A DNA stretch of 32,000 bases from Vibrio phage phi 3, in the sequence record KP280063.1. One strand, written 5' to 3'. The position numbers and the translations under genes are program-made. The notes under the pieces are model-generated. The model was given only the letters and a program-made list of their open reading frames with translations. It had not been told where the DNA came from and ran no database searches. Each line of letters starts with the position of its first letter. The stretch's first letter is position 1. Positions 22,479 to 30,622 of this stretch are shown one piece after another.

Positions 22479-22751
22479 CTATTGCTTGGTTTTGAAAGTT
22501 AGGGTAATATCTAAGGCCAGAAGCTGGGTTACGTACTCTTCACCTGGTACTTGGCGGTAAAAATACGCCACGGACTTTTCGTAGTTAATCTCTAAGTCTA
22601 GCACGTAGGTATCCCACAGACGGTCTACCTCTGTCAACATCTTAGCTACTGCATCTGTTGGTTGCACGTTATAGAAATAGAACGCAGCTGTATCAAGCTG
22701 ATCCCAACCTAGACCTTCTTCTGGGATTTTTATCAAACACGATTTAATCAT
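22479..22751 (-). CDS. hypothetical protein
   Basis: ATG 22751 (MIKSCLIKIPEEG...) follows GAGG. The track start is a TTG inside the promoter -10. Confidence 0.6.
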   Translation of the reverse strand: MIKSCLIKIPEEGLGWDQLDTAAFYFYNVQPTDAVAKMLTEVDRLWDTYVLDLEINYEKSVAYFYRQVPGEEYVTQLLALDITLTFKTKQ

Positions 22752-22783
22752 TGTCTTGTTCCTCTCGAACAATTTATAAAACA

Positions 22784-22812
22784 ATTATAAACTTCAAACA
22801 CCGTTTTAACAA
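22784..22812 (-). promoter_or_regulatory. sigma70-type promoter
   Basis: Minus strand reads TTGTTA, 17 nt, TATAAT. Confidence 0.7.
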
Positions 22813-22832
22813 GCATTTTATTTATTAAAACG

Positions 22833-23309
22833 CTACACCATCACCTTGTTCTGCAACTCCCAAGCATCCATTTCACAGTTACACAGGTTATCCGCCATTT
22901 CGTTACCTTCTAGTCCTGAATGCCCCTTTACTTTTACTATTTGAATAGTAATACCTTTTGCTATAAGGTCTTTATTGGTAAAATAAAGATCCTGCCATAG
23001 CTTCAGGTTTTTGATTGTGCCGTTCGTTGAGTTACGCCAGAGATTTTTAGCCCACTTATGCATCCAGTCATTGAAGCCTTTGCATACGTAAGCTGAATCA
23101 GTGTGAATAGACACAGATTTTCCTAGACGCAGTGCCCATTTAGCTGCTTCTACTGCGGCTGTCAATTCCATTTCGTTGTTGGTAGTAACCTCGGAGAACC
23201 CTACCTTCTTGCCTTTATACATATGGCCTTCGTAAACTACCATAGCCCACGCACCAATCCCTGGGTTGCCTCGACAGGCTCCGTCAGTCCATACTGAGAT
23301 GTTACTCAT
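22833..23309 (-). CDS. rnhA: ribonuclease HI
   Basis: VWTDGACRGNPG, NNEMELTA, IHTDSAYV and KVKGHSGLEGNEMADNL carry the DEDD catalytic motifs. ATG 23309 is preferred because GAGG lies 8 nt upstream. Confidence 0.85.
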   Translation of the reverse strand: MSNISVWTDGACRGNPGIGAWAMVVYEGHMYKGKKVGFSEVTTNNEMELTAAVEAAKWALRLGKSVSIHTDSAYVCKGFNDWMHKWAKNLWRNSTNGTIKNLKLWQDLYFTNKDLIAKGITIQIVKVKGHSGLEGNEMADNLCNCEMDAWELQNKVMV

Positions 23310-23517
23310 TGTTGTTACCTCTGGCATCTTTGGCAGTATTGAGCATTGTCAGTGGGTTAAGTACTATGTTGTCGAATTTTACAACATAGCCTATACCCAG
23401 GCTATCACAAAGTTGGATAATCTCTTTTATCTGCTCGTCTTTCAGGGTTGCAGTATGGATTAGCCTAGTAATGTGTGGCTCTGCCCAGATTCTATTTTTG
23501 AGCGCTTCGATATTCAT
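23302..23517 (-). CDS. hypothetical protein
   Basis: 71-aa ORF overlapping both neighbours. Confidence 0.5.
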   Translation of the reverse strand: MNIEALKNRIWAEPHITRLIHTATLKDEQIKEIIQLCDSLGIGYVVKFDNIVLNPLTMLNTAKDARGNNNE

Positions 23518-23932
23518 CTCTTAACCTCATTAAGATCTTGCCTAGATTGTTTTGACCCTCTAAGGTTTCGTAGTCTACTCCCCAGAAACGATCCTTCCAC
23601 CAATTACCTTCTAGCAACTCTGCATCGCCTGTTTCTAGCAGTTTTGCTTTTAAGATAGGATGTTGGTCAAATTTGGCTTTGACAGCTATGTACATGTAGT
23701 TAAGCCTTTCTTTGAAGAAGTTAGGGCATCTTACTGGTGCTGTCTTCCAGTAAGATTTAGCTTGCTTAGGCTCTATTTTCGCTAACATCCGAACTTCTGC
23801 GTCAATATTTGACTTGAACGATTGATACAGGTTCTCAGAGCTTGCATACACTATGCCATTATACTCAACAGGTACTAGGTACATGTTAGATAGGAAACTG
23901 TATTTTCCTCTAAAGGAAGTTATTTGTTCCAT
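23492..23932 (-). CDS. NADAR / YbiA-family (DUF1768) protein
   Basis: F.GKYSFLSNMY, YASSENLYQSFK and WKDRFWGV...G.NNLGKILMRLRDE match the family signature. Confidence 0.75.
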   Translation of the reverse strand: MEQITSFRGKYSFLSNMYLVPVEYNGIVYASSENLYQSFKSNIDAEVRMLAKIEPKQAKSYWKTAPVRCPNFFKERLNYMYIAVKAKFDQHPILKAKLLETGDAELLEGNWWKDRFWGVDYETLEGQNNLGKILMRLRDEYRSAQK

Positions 23933-23955
23933 AGTCGTCTCCTTTGATTTTTAAT

Positions 23956-23984
23956 ATTATACGATAGTTTTAGCATAATATCAA
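23956..23984 (-). promoter_or_regulatory. sigma70-type promoter
   Basis: Minus strand reads TTGATA, 17 nt, TATAAT, directly after the phoH terminator. Confidence 0.7.
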
Positions 23985-23987
23985 TTA

Positions 23988-24018
23988 ATAAAAAAGAAAA
24001 GGAGGCCGTAGCCTCCTT
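23988..24018 (-). terminator. intrinsic terminator after phoH
   Basis: Minus strand reads AAGGAGGC-TACG-GCCTCCTT followed by TTCTTTTTT. Confidence 0.8.
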
Positions 24019-24021
24019 ATT

Positions 24022-24675
24022 TTACTTTTGACGTTTAGCAGTATAGTCTTCCCAAGCTTCAAAGCACTCTAACCAGTGCTTACACTCTTCAGACCTTACA
24101 CAGTCGTCTAGTGTTAATTCTATAATGTTACACCTAACATCCATTGTCCTGACCATTCGTACTAGCTCATATAAACCTGAGTTCTTGAACTTTTCTGATG
24201 TCTGCCTAATGTCTCCACAAAGTACAGTTTTGCTGTATACACCTTGTCTACCTAGGAATATTTTCAATTGTTCAAACGAGGCGTTTTGGCACTCGTCTAG
24301 GATAATCATTGAATGGTCAAATGTTAGACCTTGAATATGTTCAAATGGGAGGAATTCTATTACCTTCTTCCTGACTAGGTCTTCGTATTGGGCGAAGCTC
24401 ATAAACTGAAGGAATAAATCCCTGACTGGTCGAATCCAAGGTTCTAGCTTTTCCTGATCGGTACCAGGAAGAAAGCCAAGCGTCTCAGCAAAAGGTACGT
24501 TTGGTCTGGATACAACGATTCTACGAATCTTTCTATTCTCCAATCTCTTCACTGCTTCTTTTACTGCCCCATATGTTTTACCAGTACCTTGACTACCAAT
24601 ACATACTACTGGCATCTGGTTCTCTAGCATTACTCTATAGGTTGCGTGGTTTTCTGTGGTTTTTGGTGCTGACAT
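24022..24675 (-). CDS. phoH: PhoH-like ATPase
   Basis: Walker A motif GSQGTGKTY, Walker B motif IILDECQN, and GD..Q. Confidence 0.85.
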   Translation of the reverse strand: MSAPKTTENHATYRVMLENQMPVVCIGSQGTGKTYGAVKEAVKRLENRKIRRIVVSRPNVPFAETLGFLPGTDQEKLEPWIRPVRDLFLQFMSFAQYEDLVRKKVIEFLPFEHIQGLTFDHSMIILDECQNASFEQLKIFLGRQGVYSKTVLCGDIRQTSEKFKNSGLYELVRMVRTMDVRCNIIELTLDDCVRSEECKHWLECFEAWEDYTAKRQK

Positions 24676-24693
24676 ATGTTAAGCCTCCAAGAC

Positions 24694-25170
24694 TTAATGC
24701 TGCTTCTCAAGATAGATTATCCGCTGATTAGAGCTGCCCCTGAATGCTAGTGAAGGGTCTCTTAGCGACTCCTCATACCTACCATCCACAAGCACGTCAA
24801 CATAATCTAATATCTCTCTGAAGTTACTGTCTAATACCTCTTCAAAGGTGTATCCGGTGTATAGCCAAATATCCTTTGTAGGGCACTCTGATTTTATACG
24901 CTTACACAAGCGTAAAACCGATGCAAAATTCCTTTTATGGAGTGGGTCTCCTCCACTAAGGGTTATACCTTTCCTAGGTACTTTAGTATCCAGGAGGTCG
25001 GAGATTATCTTATCTTCTAGCTCTTTGGTAAATGGAAACCCTGAAGAAGGGTTCCAGGAGCTTTGGTTGTAACACCCCTTACATCCATGAGAGCAACCTG
25101 ATACGAATAATACGCACCTAGTGCCCTTGCCATTTACTACATCAATTGGCAGATATTTGAGATAATTCAT
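24694..25170 (-). CDS. nrdG: anaerobic ribonucleotide reductase activating protein (radical SAM)
   Basis: VDVVNGKGTRCVLFVSGCSHGCKGCYN carries the CxxxCxxC cluster, and GITLSGGDP is also present. Confidence 0.85.
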   Translation of the reverse strand: MNYLKYLPIDVVNGKGTRCVLFVSGCSHGCKGCYNQSSWNPSSGFPFTKELEDKIISDLLDTKVPRKGITLSGGDPLHKRNFASVLRLCKRIKSECPTKDIWLYTGYTFEEVLDSNFREILDYVDVLVDGRYEESLRDPSLAFRGSSNQRIIYLEKQH

Positions 25171-25287
25171 TTGCCGTTCTTTTTTAAGAATGCTCTAGAG
25201 ACTCTAGCGTTGTGTTTCCTTCTTGCCCGTTCATCCTTGGATAGGAGGTGGTACCGAAGTACCTCCTCTCTAGTTATGTAGAACACC

Positions 25288-26985
25288 CTACTCACAGGCG
25301 ATACACCCTACTTCTTTGGAAGCCTGTAGTCCTGCCATAGTACGTAGGTAGTAGATCTGCTTGATATTCTCGTCCTTGAACGCTGCTTGGAATACTTTGG
25401 CTATAACTGCTTCGTCTTCTTCTGCTCTAAAGAAGAGGTTTAGAGACTGCCCCTGACAAATTCTTGGTTGTCTAGCAGCGGCCTTTCTGAGAATGGCCAT
25501 CTGGTCTATCTCATAAGCAGTTTTGAATACTAGCTTCTCTTCATCACTCATCCAATCTAGGTGCTGTACTGAACCTAACTTGTCGTTGATAGAGTTGATT
25601 AGCTTACGGTCTACTGGTACTTCCTTACGTTCACAGAACCTGATAAAGGAGCTATTTAGGCGTACCAGCTCTCCTGCTGCACTTGGTTGAATGTAACAGT
25701 TGCCTGGCAGTGGCTCAATACCTTGAGATACTCCGCCACATAGCAAGGAACTGCTAGTATTAGGTGCTATAGCTAGTCTATGGGTGTTCCTTACGCCATA
25801 ACCCTTACACCACTCAGGCTCACCTAGCTCCTTGGCCATCCACTCTGACGCCCTCAAAGACTCCTTATTCAGGTGCTCGAAGATTTCTAGGTTCTTCATA
25901 TGTGCTTCGAAAGACTCGAAAGCAATCATATTATCTTGTAGATAAGTATGGTATCCTAGAAGCCCTAGACCCAGTGCCCTGGAGGCCTCAGTAAACCTTA
26001 CTGCTTTACTTAGACCAGGGATCTCTTTAGCCCTAATTATGAAATCCTGAGCTACACAGTCTAGGAATACGGTGGCTGTGAATACAGCGTCTGTATCTTT
26101 CCACTCGTCGTACTTAGCCCCATTCATAGAGCTTAGTACACAGGTAAATGTGTGCATGTGATCGGAGAATAGGTTAATTTCAGTACATAGGTTAGAGCCT
26201 TTTACAGTAAGACCCCTGTCTTTGTACATTGGCGGGTTAGCCCTATTTACTTTATCAGGGAAGAAGAAGTAGCCCTTACCTGTAATTAGCTTAGTGTGCA
26301 GGGCTTTAGAGAAACGTCTACCTAGCTCAGGGTCTCCGCTGTCTAACGCAACTACATCTTTATCATATACGTTCCAACCTAAGTTTAGGTCGTCTGGTGT
26401 GTTTTTAAGGTAGGTAACCACTTCGTCAAAATCCCCGTGAGATAGAGGTAAATAACCTGCCCAGGCTCCCCTACGGGTGTTGCCTTGCGCCACGTCCCGC
26501 ATACATTGAACGTAGTCTGCGATAACTGGCATAACCCCGGCTGCCTGCCCACCAATGCGGATTGGCGCTCCTCTAGGGCGAATATCTCCTAGGTACGCGG
26601 AAGTACCAAACCCATTCTTAGTCAGCATAGCTGTCTCGTGCAGGGTAGAATAGAATCCGTCAATGGAGTCGTCAATGTACCCACCTGAGCAACTTACAGG
26701 GAGTCCTTTATCTGTCCCCATATTTGCCATTACGGGTGTAGATGCCGCTAACCAACCTTTCCAGAAAAGTTCAAAGAACTTTGGTTCCCAGTAAGAAGGG
26801 TCTGGCATGTGGGAGGCTGCTGTCTTAGCAATTACCTGGTATCTGTTGAGAACAGTTTGACCTTTATCCATATACTTTTGCGTTAGAAGCTGGTAGCCCT
26901 CAGTGGTCATCCACTCGGGCACTGTTCCCTCTTTCTGCCCCTTTAGCCTATCGAACTCTAGTTGCTCAAATATATTTTTATGCAT
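25288..26985 (-). CDS. nrdA: ribonucleoside-diphosphate reductase alpha subunit (class I, no ATP-cone)
   Basis: NLCTEI active-site loop, SCSGG and a C-terminal Cys pair (GCIACE). At 565 aa it starts directly in the all-alpha N-domain. Confidence 0.9.
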   Translation of the reverse strand: MHKNIFEQLEFDRLKGQKEGTVPEWMTTEGYQLLTQKYMDKGQTVLNRYQVIAKTAASHMPDPSYWEPKFFELFWKGWLAASTPVMANMGTDKGLPVSCSGGYIDDSIDGFYSTLHETAMLTKNGFGTSAYLGDIRPRGAPIRIGGQAAGVMPVIADYVQCMRDVAQGNTRRGAWAGYLPLSHGDFDEVVTYLKNTPDDLNLGWNVYDKDVVALDSGDPELGRRFSKALHTKLITGKGYFFFPDKVNRANPPMYKDRGLTVKGSNLCTEINLFSDHMHTFTCVLSSMNGAKYDEWKDTDAVFTATVFLDCVAQDFIIRAKEIPGLSKAVRFTEASRALGLGLLGYHTYLQDNMIAFESFEAHMKNLEIFEHLNKESLRASEWMAKELGEPEWCKGYGVRNTHRLAIAPNTSSSLLCGGVSQGIEPLPGNCYIQPSAAGELVRLNSSFIRFCERKEVPVDRKLINSINDKLGSVQHLDWMSDEEKLVFKTAYEIDQMAILRKAAARQPRICQGQSLNLFFRAEEDEAVIAKVFQAAFKDENIKQIYYLRTMAGLQASKEVGCIACE

Positions 26986-28021
26986 ATGTCTCTACCACCC
27001 ATTTTAAATCATTCTCTGACCAGCTTCTGTGGTACTCTGATCCAGTACCAGTAAAGAAGTCATGGAACTTCAGACCGTTAATATTCTCGTAGAACCATTC
27101 AGCTATAGGATTTTTACCCACCTCAAACAACGCGGGCACTTTCAGGTTAGCTAGACATAGATTCAACCTAGACTTAACGAAAGTTTTAAGGTCTTCAGCA
27201 TTGATGTTCTCAATATCCCCTTGACTGAATAACATGTCGATAATATAAGACTCATGTTCTAAGATTTGCCTAGCGCAAACATGTAGCTTCACTACCAGCT
27301 TGTTGTAATCATTGCCAGACATTAGACCCAGAGCTTCTTTTTCTCGTAGTAACGTCAGAAACGCCCATGCCCCGCCTTCACAGTGCAGGTTTTCATCTCT
27401 CACACTAAAATTGATTCCACGAACCACATTAAGCAGCTTGTTTTTGCCCAGAGTTTGGAAGTGCTTGAGGTATGCAAAGGCGCTGTAAAGGATTCCGCCC
27501 TCAACCATAGAGAATGCCCCTAGAGATACTAGGTCGTCCTTATCATTAACTATGGACTCTACGAACTCCATCCGTGCCTTTAATACTGGGTCATTGACGT
27601 AACTGGTGTAGAACTCGTCAGTGTTCAGCATTAGGGCTTCGTTGATCTTATTGTAGAATGGTGCGTGGATGTTTATTTCAGCAAACGAAAATGAGTTGCC
27701 CATCTGACGGAAGTCATGCCTAGGGAACATTCTCTTGAAACGACCGCCCCAATACTCGTTACCTGCAACTAGCTCATATAATGTGAATAGTTTTAAGGTT
27801 GTGATTACCCCATGAGCCTCAGCTGGTGTCATATTAACTCTAATGTCTTGAATATCCTTCTCGACATGAATTTCGTGGTGGTACCACTGAACTGAGTTTT
27901 GGGCATCAGCAAAAGCAATAGCTTCCGGATAGTCGAAAGTGTAGGCTTCTTTCTTGGTTTGGCAGCGAGGTACAGGAGAGGCTACGGCCTCTCCATTAGT
28001 AGTTATATATTTACTTGACAT
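26978..28021 (-). CDS. nrdB: ribonucleoside-diphosphate reductase beta subunit
   Basis: Ferritin-like di-iron motifs (EAHGV..., VRDENLH). The gene overlaps nrdA by 8 nt. Confidence 0.85.
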   Translation of the reverse strand: MSSKYITTNGEAVASPVPRCQTKKEAYTFDYPEAIAFADAQNSVQWYHHEIHVEKDIQDIRVNMTPAEAHGVITTLKLFTLYELVAGNEYWGGRFKRMFPRHDFRQMGNSFSFAEINIHAPFYNKINEALMLNTDEFYTSYVNDPVLKARMEFVESIVNDKDDLVSLGAFSMVEGGILYSAFAYLKHFQTLGKNKLLNVVRGINFSVRDENLHCEGGAWAFLTLLREKEALGLMSGNDYNKLVVKLHVCARQILEHESYIIDMLFSQGDIENINAEDLKTFVKSRLNLCLANLKVPALFEVGKNPIAEWFYENINGLKFHDFFTGTGSEYHRSWSENDLKWVVETYA

Positions 28022-28241
28022 GGTTAGATAGGTACTCCATGATAGCAGCAGACTCTATCATTACTGTGCCATCCTCTTTTACTAGAGCGGGTATTTGTTT
28101 GATATTGTATTTTTTGGCAGCTTCGAAGTTGAGGTCAATGTCAAGAATATCGACATGCATACCCTTTTCTAGGATTAGCTGCTTTACCGGCTGGCAGTAC
28201 TTACACCAACTAGCCATAAATAGAATCATTGTTTCTCCCAT
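28011..28241 (-). CDS. glutaredoxin/NrdH-like redoxin
   Basis: Thioredoxin fold with WCKYC. 76 aa. An alternative start exists at Met5. Confidence 0.75.
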   Translation of the reverse strand: MGETMILFMASWCKYCQPVKQLILEKGMHVDILDIDLNFEAAKKYNIKQIPALVKEDGTVMIESAAIMEYLSNHVK

Positions 28242-28244
28242 AGT

Positions 28245-28748
28245 CTACTTACCTCTCATTAGGACTAAGTTAGGCACCCAACAGAAGTTATCCTCTGTGA
28301 ATACCTTAATAAATAATTCTGGGTTTGGCCCGAAGTAGGTAAAACACTGACCCCTACTGCCCTTACCCTTAGGTGTTAAATCTGGTTGTAAAAAGGATAT
28401 ACGCCCATTAGTATATGCTTGGACTCCGCCTTGGAGAGCTATGTTCCATTGGGTATCTGTCCCAGAGTTAGTCAGCATAATGCCCTCAGTCATGACACCA
28501 CGCTTATACTCTTCTGCGAAATATTTTGTGAACTTCTTAATAAGCGCTGCTGAGTAAGGTGGGTTACACCACACCTTACCAAGCCACGGGTAGTTTAACC
28601 CATTCTGTTCTTTTGTATAGTAGGTTTTAGCCCTTACTATAGTGTTCGCAGTAGGGTTAGATGCAGGGTCTAGGTCTATTTCCCCTAGTACCCTGCGAAC
28701 CTTGTCCATAATGAACTCTGGTGTGTACCACTCATCATTACTGTTCAT
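28245..28748 (-). CDS. dam: DNA N6-adenine methyltransferase (phage Dam family)
   Basis: DEWYTPE, DLDPASN and the catalytic NPPYS motif. ATG 28748 forms an ATGA overlap with the nrdD stop. The track start 28829 is an out-of-frame extension into nrdD. Confidence 0.8.
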   Translation of the reverse strand: MNSNDEWYTPEFIMDKVRRVLGEIDLDPASNPTANTIVRAKTYYTKEQNGLNYPWLGKVWCNPPYSAALIKKFTKYFAEEYKRGVMTEGIMLTNSGTDTQWNIALQGGVQAYTNGRISFLQPDLTPKGKGSRGQCFTYFGPNPELFIKVFTEDNFCWVPNLVLMRGK

Positions 28749-29779
28749 AGGTGCTTGACCCTCTTCTGCATTTCTGCCTGTTTTCCCGCGTTGAATGGTC
28801 TGGCATCCGGGTTTCCTAAGTAACCACAAACCCTGCGAGTGACAGAGCAGCTTTCTTTGTCGTTATTACCACACTTAGGGCACTTGAAACCTTCCGAGGT
28901 GCATAGGAACTCTCCTTTATACCCGCACTTAAAGCACTCGTCTATTGGGGTGTTAGTACCATAATACGGTACTTGATAGTACGCGTAATTCCACACATCT
29001 TCCAATGCTTCTATGTTATTAATCATAGAAGGGAATTCCCCGTAACATATGTGGCCGCCCGCTGAGTAGGGTACGAACTGCGCTTCAAAATCGATCTTCT
29101 CGTAAGGTGTTACTTTCTTGGCTACGTCTAGGTGGAATGAGTTGGTCAGGTATCCTTTATCTGTGACACCTTCAAACTCCCCATACTCACGAACAATGGC
29201 TTTGCAGAAGCGATGACATAGTGACTCACTAGGAGTACCATATACAGAGTAGTTAATACCCTCTGCCTCTTTCCACTCACGTACCTTAGCATCTAGGAAT
29301 TTCAGAATATCTAAGCAAAACTCCTGCTTTTCTTCCGCATCATAGGTGTGAATTAGAGAACCCAGCATTGCATTTGCTGCTTCCTCTAGACCGATATACC
29401 CTAGGGAGATAGAAGCTCCTCGCGCAATAAGGTGAGGCAGCACCAAGTCGTCTGGCTTCAAGCGTAATCCTAGGGCTCCTTCCATGTACATAATTGGAGC
29501 TGATTTAGCTGTGACTGTTGAGAGCCTTTCAATACGATATTGAAGCGCTCTGTGAGCAACTTCACAGTATTTATCCAGCAATTCCCAAAATTTATCGTAA
29601 TCACCTTGAGCTTCCAGTACGTATTTTGGTATATTAAGAGAAACTACGCCTAGGTTGTTGCGTCCCGCGTAATACTCGTTCCCTTCCGCATCGTATGCAG
29701 GGGATAGGAAGGACCTGCAACCCATAGGGGCTTTCACGCCACCAGTAATCTCTAATGTTTTGTGGTAGTTCAAAATATC
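28745..29779 (-). CDS. nrdD: anaerobic ribonucleoside-triphosphate reductase, exon 2 (C-terminal part)
   Basis: The conserved sequence begins at DILNYHKTLEITGGVKAPMGCRSFL. It contains a Zn ribbon (CFKCGY...CPKCG) and the glycyl-radical motif TRRVCGYLG. Confidence 0.8.
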   Translation of the reverse strand, partial: DILNYHKTLEITGGVKAPMGCRSFLSPAYDAEGNEYYAGRNNLGVVSLNIPKYVLEAQGDYDKFWELLDKYCEVAHRALQYRIERLSTVTAKSAPIMYMEGALGLRLKPDDLVLPHLIARGASISLGYIGLEEAANAMLGSLIHTYDAEEKQEFCLDILKFLDAKVREWKEAEGINYSVYGTPSESLCHRFCKAIVREYGEFEGVTDKGYLTNSFHLDVAKKVTPYEKIDFEAQFVPYSAGGHICYGEFPSMINNIEALEDVWNYAYYQVPYYGTNTPIDECFKCGYKGEFLCTSEGFKCPKCGNNDKESCSVTRRVCGYLGNPDARPFNAGKQAEMQKRVKHL

Positions 29780-30622
29780 CGTGTTACCCATACTTTCATA
29801 TGGCACTGACTATATCATTATCCTATGTAGGATCTCTGCACTTCGAGTGGTAGTTACTTCCACCCTACTCCCTGTCGGGATAGTCGATACACCTTCTATT
29901 AGCTTCAAAGTAAGAATTAATCTTTGTTAAACTCTACTTGCCAAACCCCTTTATAGAGGGCATTACGTTTATAGGCACCGTGTACCCCAGTAGAGGAGAA
30001 TCTGCGGTCGAGTTTTTCTTTAGAAATACTAAAGAAACTTGGAAAATACACTACTTCTCCTGTTTCTTTGTTTGTTAGTTTTAGCGGTTTAACGTTAGGT
30101 TTGTTTCGCAGGTTTTCTTTCATGCTCACAAAACGTATGTTCCCAGGCTGGTATGGTATCTTACTATCCTTTCTATCTATAGAAAGGTCATCCAACCCAT
30201 ACTTATCTAGCCCTAGTAAAAACTCATTAAAACAGGTGTTATAGTATTCTACAGTATCTGCAAAGTTCCACATACCTGAGTACCTAGGATAGTCCTTGCA
30301 GTTAGGGTTACAGCAGCGCTCTTTTGCGTATCGGTAGGAGTTTCTGAACTTATGCCATACCTCAACGCCGAACTCTTCTGTAACGTTTAATCTTATCTTT
30401 GTTATCTCTTGCATATAACCTCCAATATCTATTTACTAAATATTGAAGCTAATAGCTTGGCACGGGATTGCCACCTACTAATAATACAAAATATATCTAT
30501 CGACATTTCTTATATTACCTAGCTGAGGTTCCCCCGTTAGCCGCCAATTGGCGACACCTCGGAACTACCGAGTTCACAGAATTTTTCGACTAGGATTACT
30601 CCTAGAAGCCCCAATAATTCTT
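29780..30622 (-). mobile_element. group-I-intron-like intervening sequence in nrdD carrying an HNH ORF
   Basis: 843 nt lie between ...KRMYP and DILNY... A U precedes the 5' junction and a G ends the insert. Exon CCCU can pair with an intron GGGG 10 nt downstream (P1 with G:U). Multiple hairpins flank the ORF. Boundaries are accurate to within a few nt. Confidence 0.65.
29917..30414 (-). CDS. HNH homing endonuclease (intron-encoded)
   Basis: LSIDRKDSKIPYQPGNIRFVSMKENLRNK is an HNH_3-type motif. A strong GGAGG RBS is present. 165 aa. Confidence 0.75.
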   Translation of the reverse strand: MQEITKIRLNVTEEFGVEVWHKFRNSYRYAKERCCNPNCKDYPRYSGMWNFADTVEYYNTCFNEFLLGLDKYGLDDLSIDRKDSKIPYQPGNIRFVSMKENLRNKPNVKPLKLTNKETGEVVYFPSFFSISKEKLDRRFSSTGVHGAYKRNALYKGVWQVEFNKD

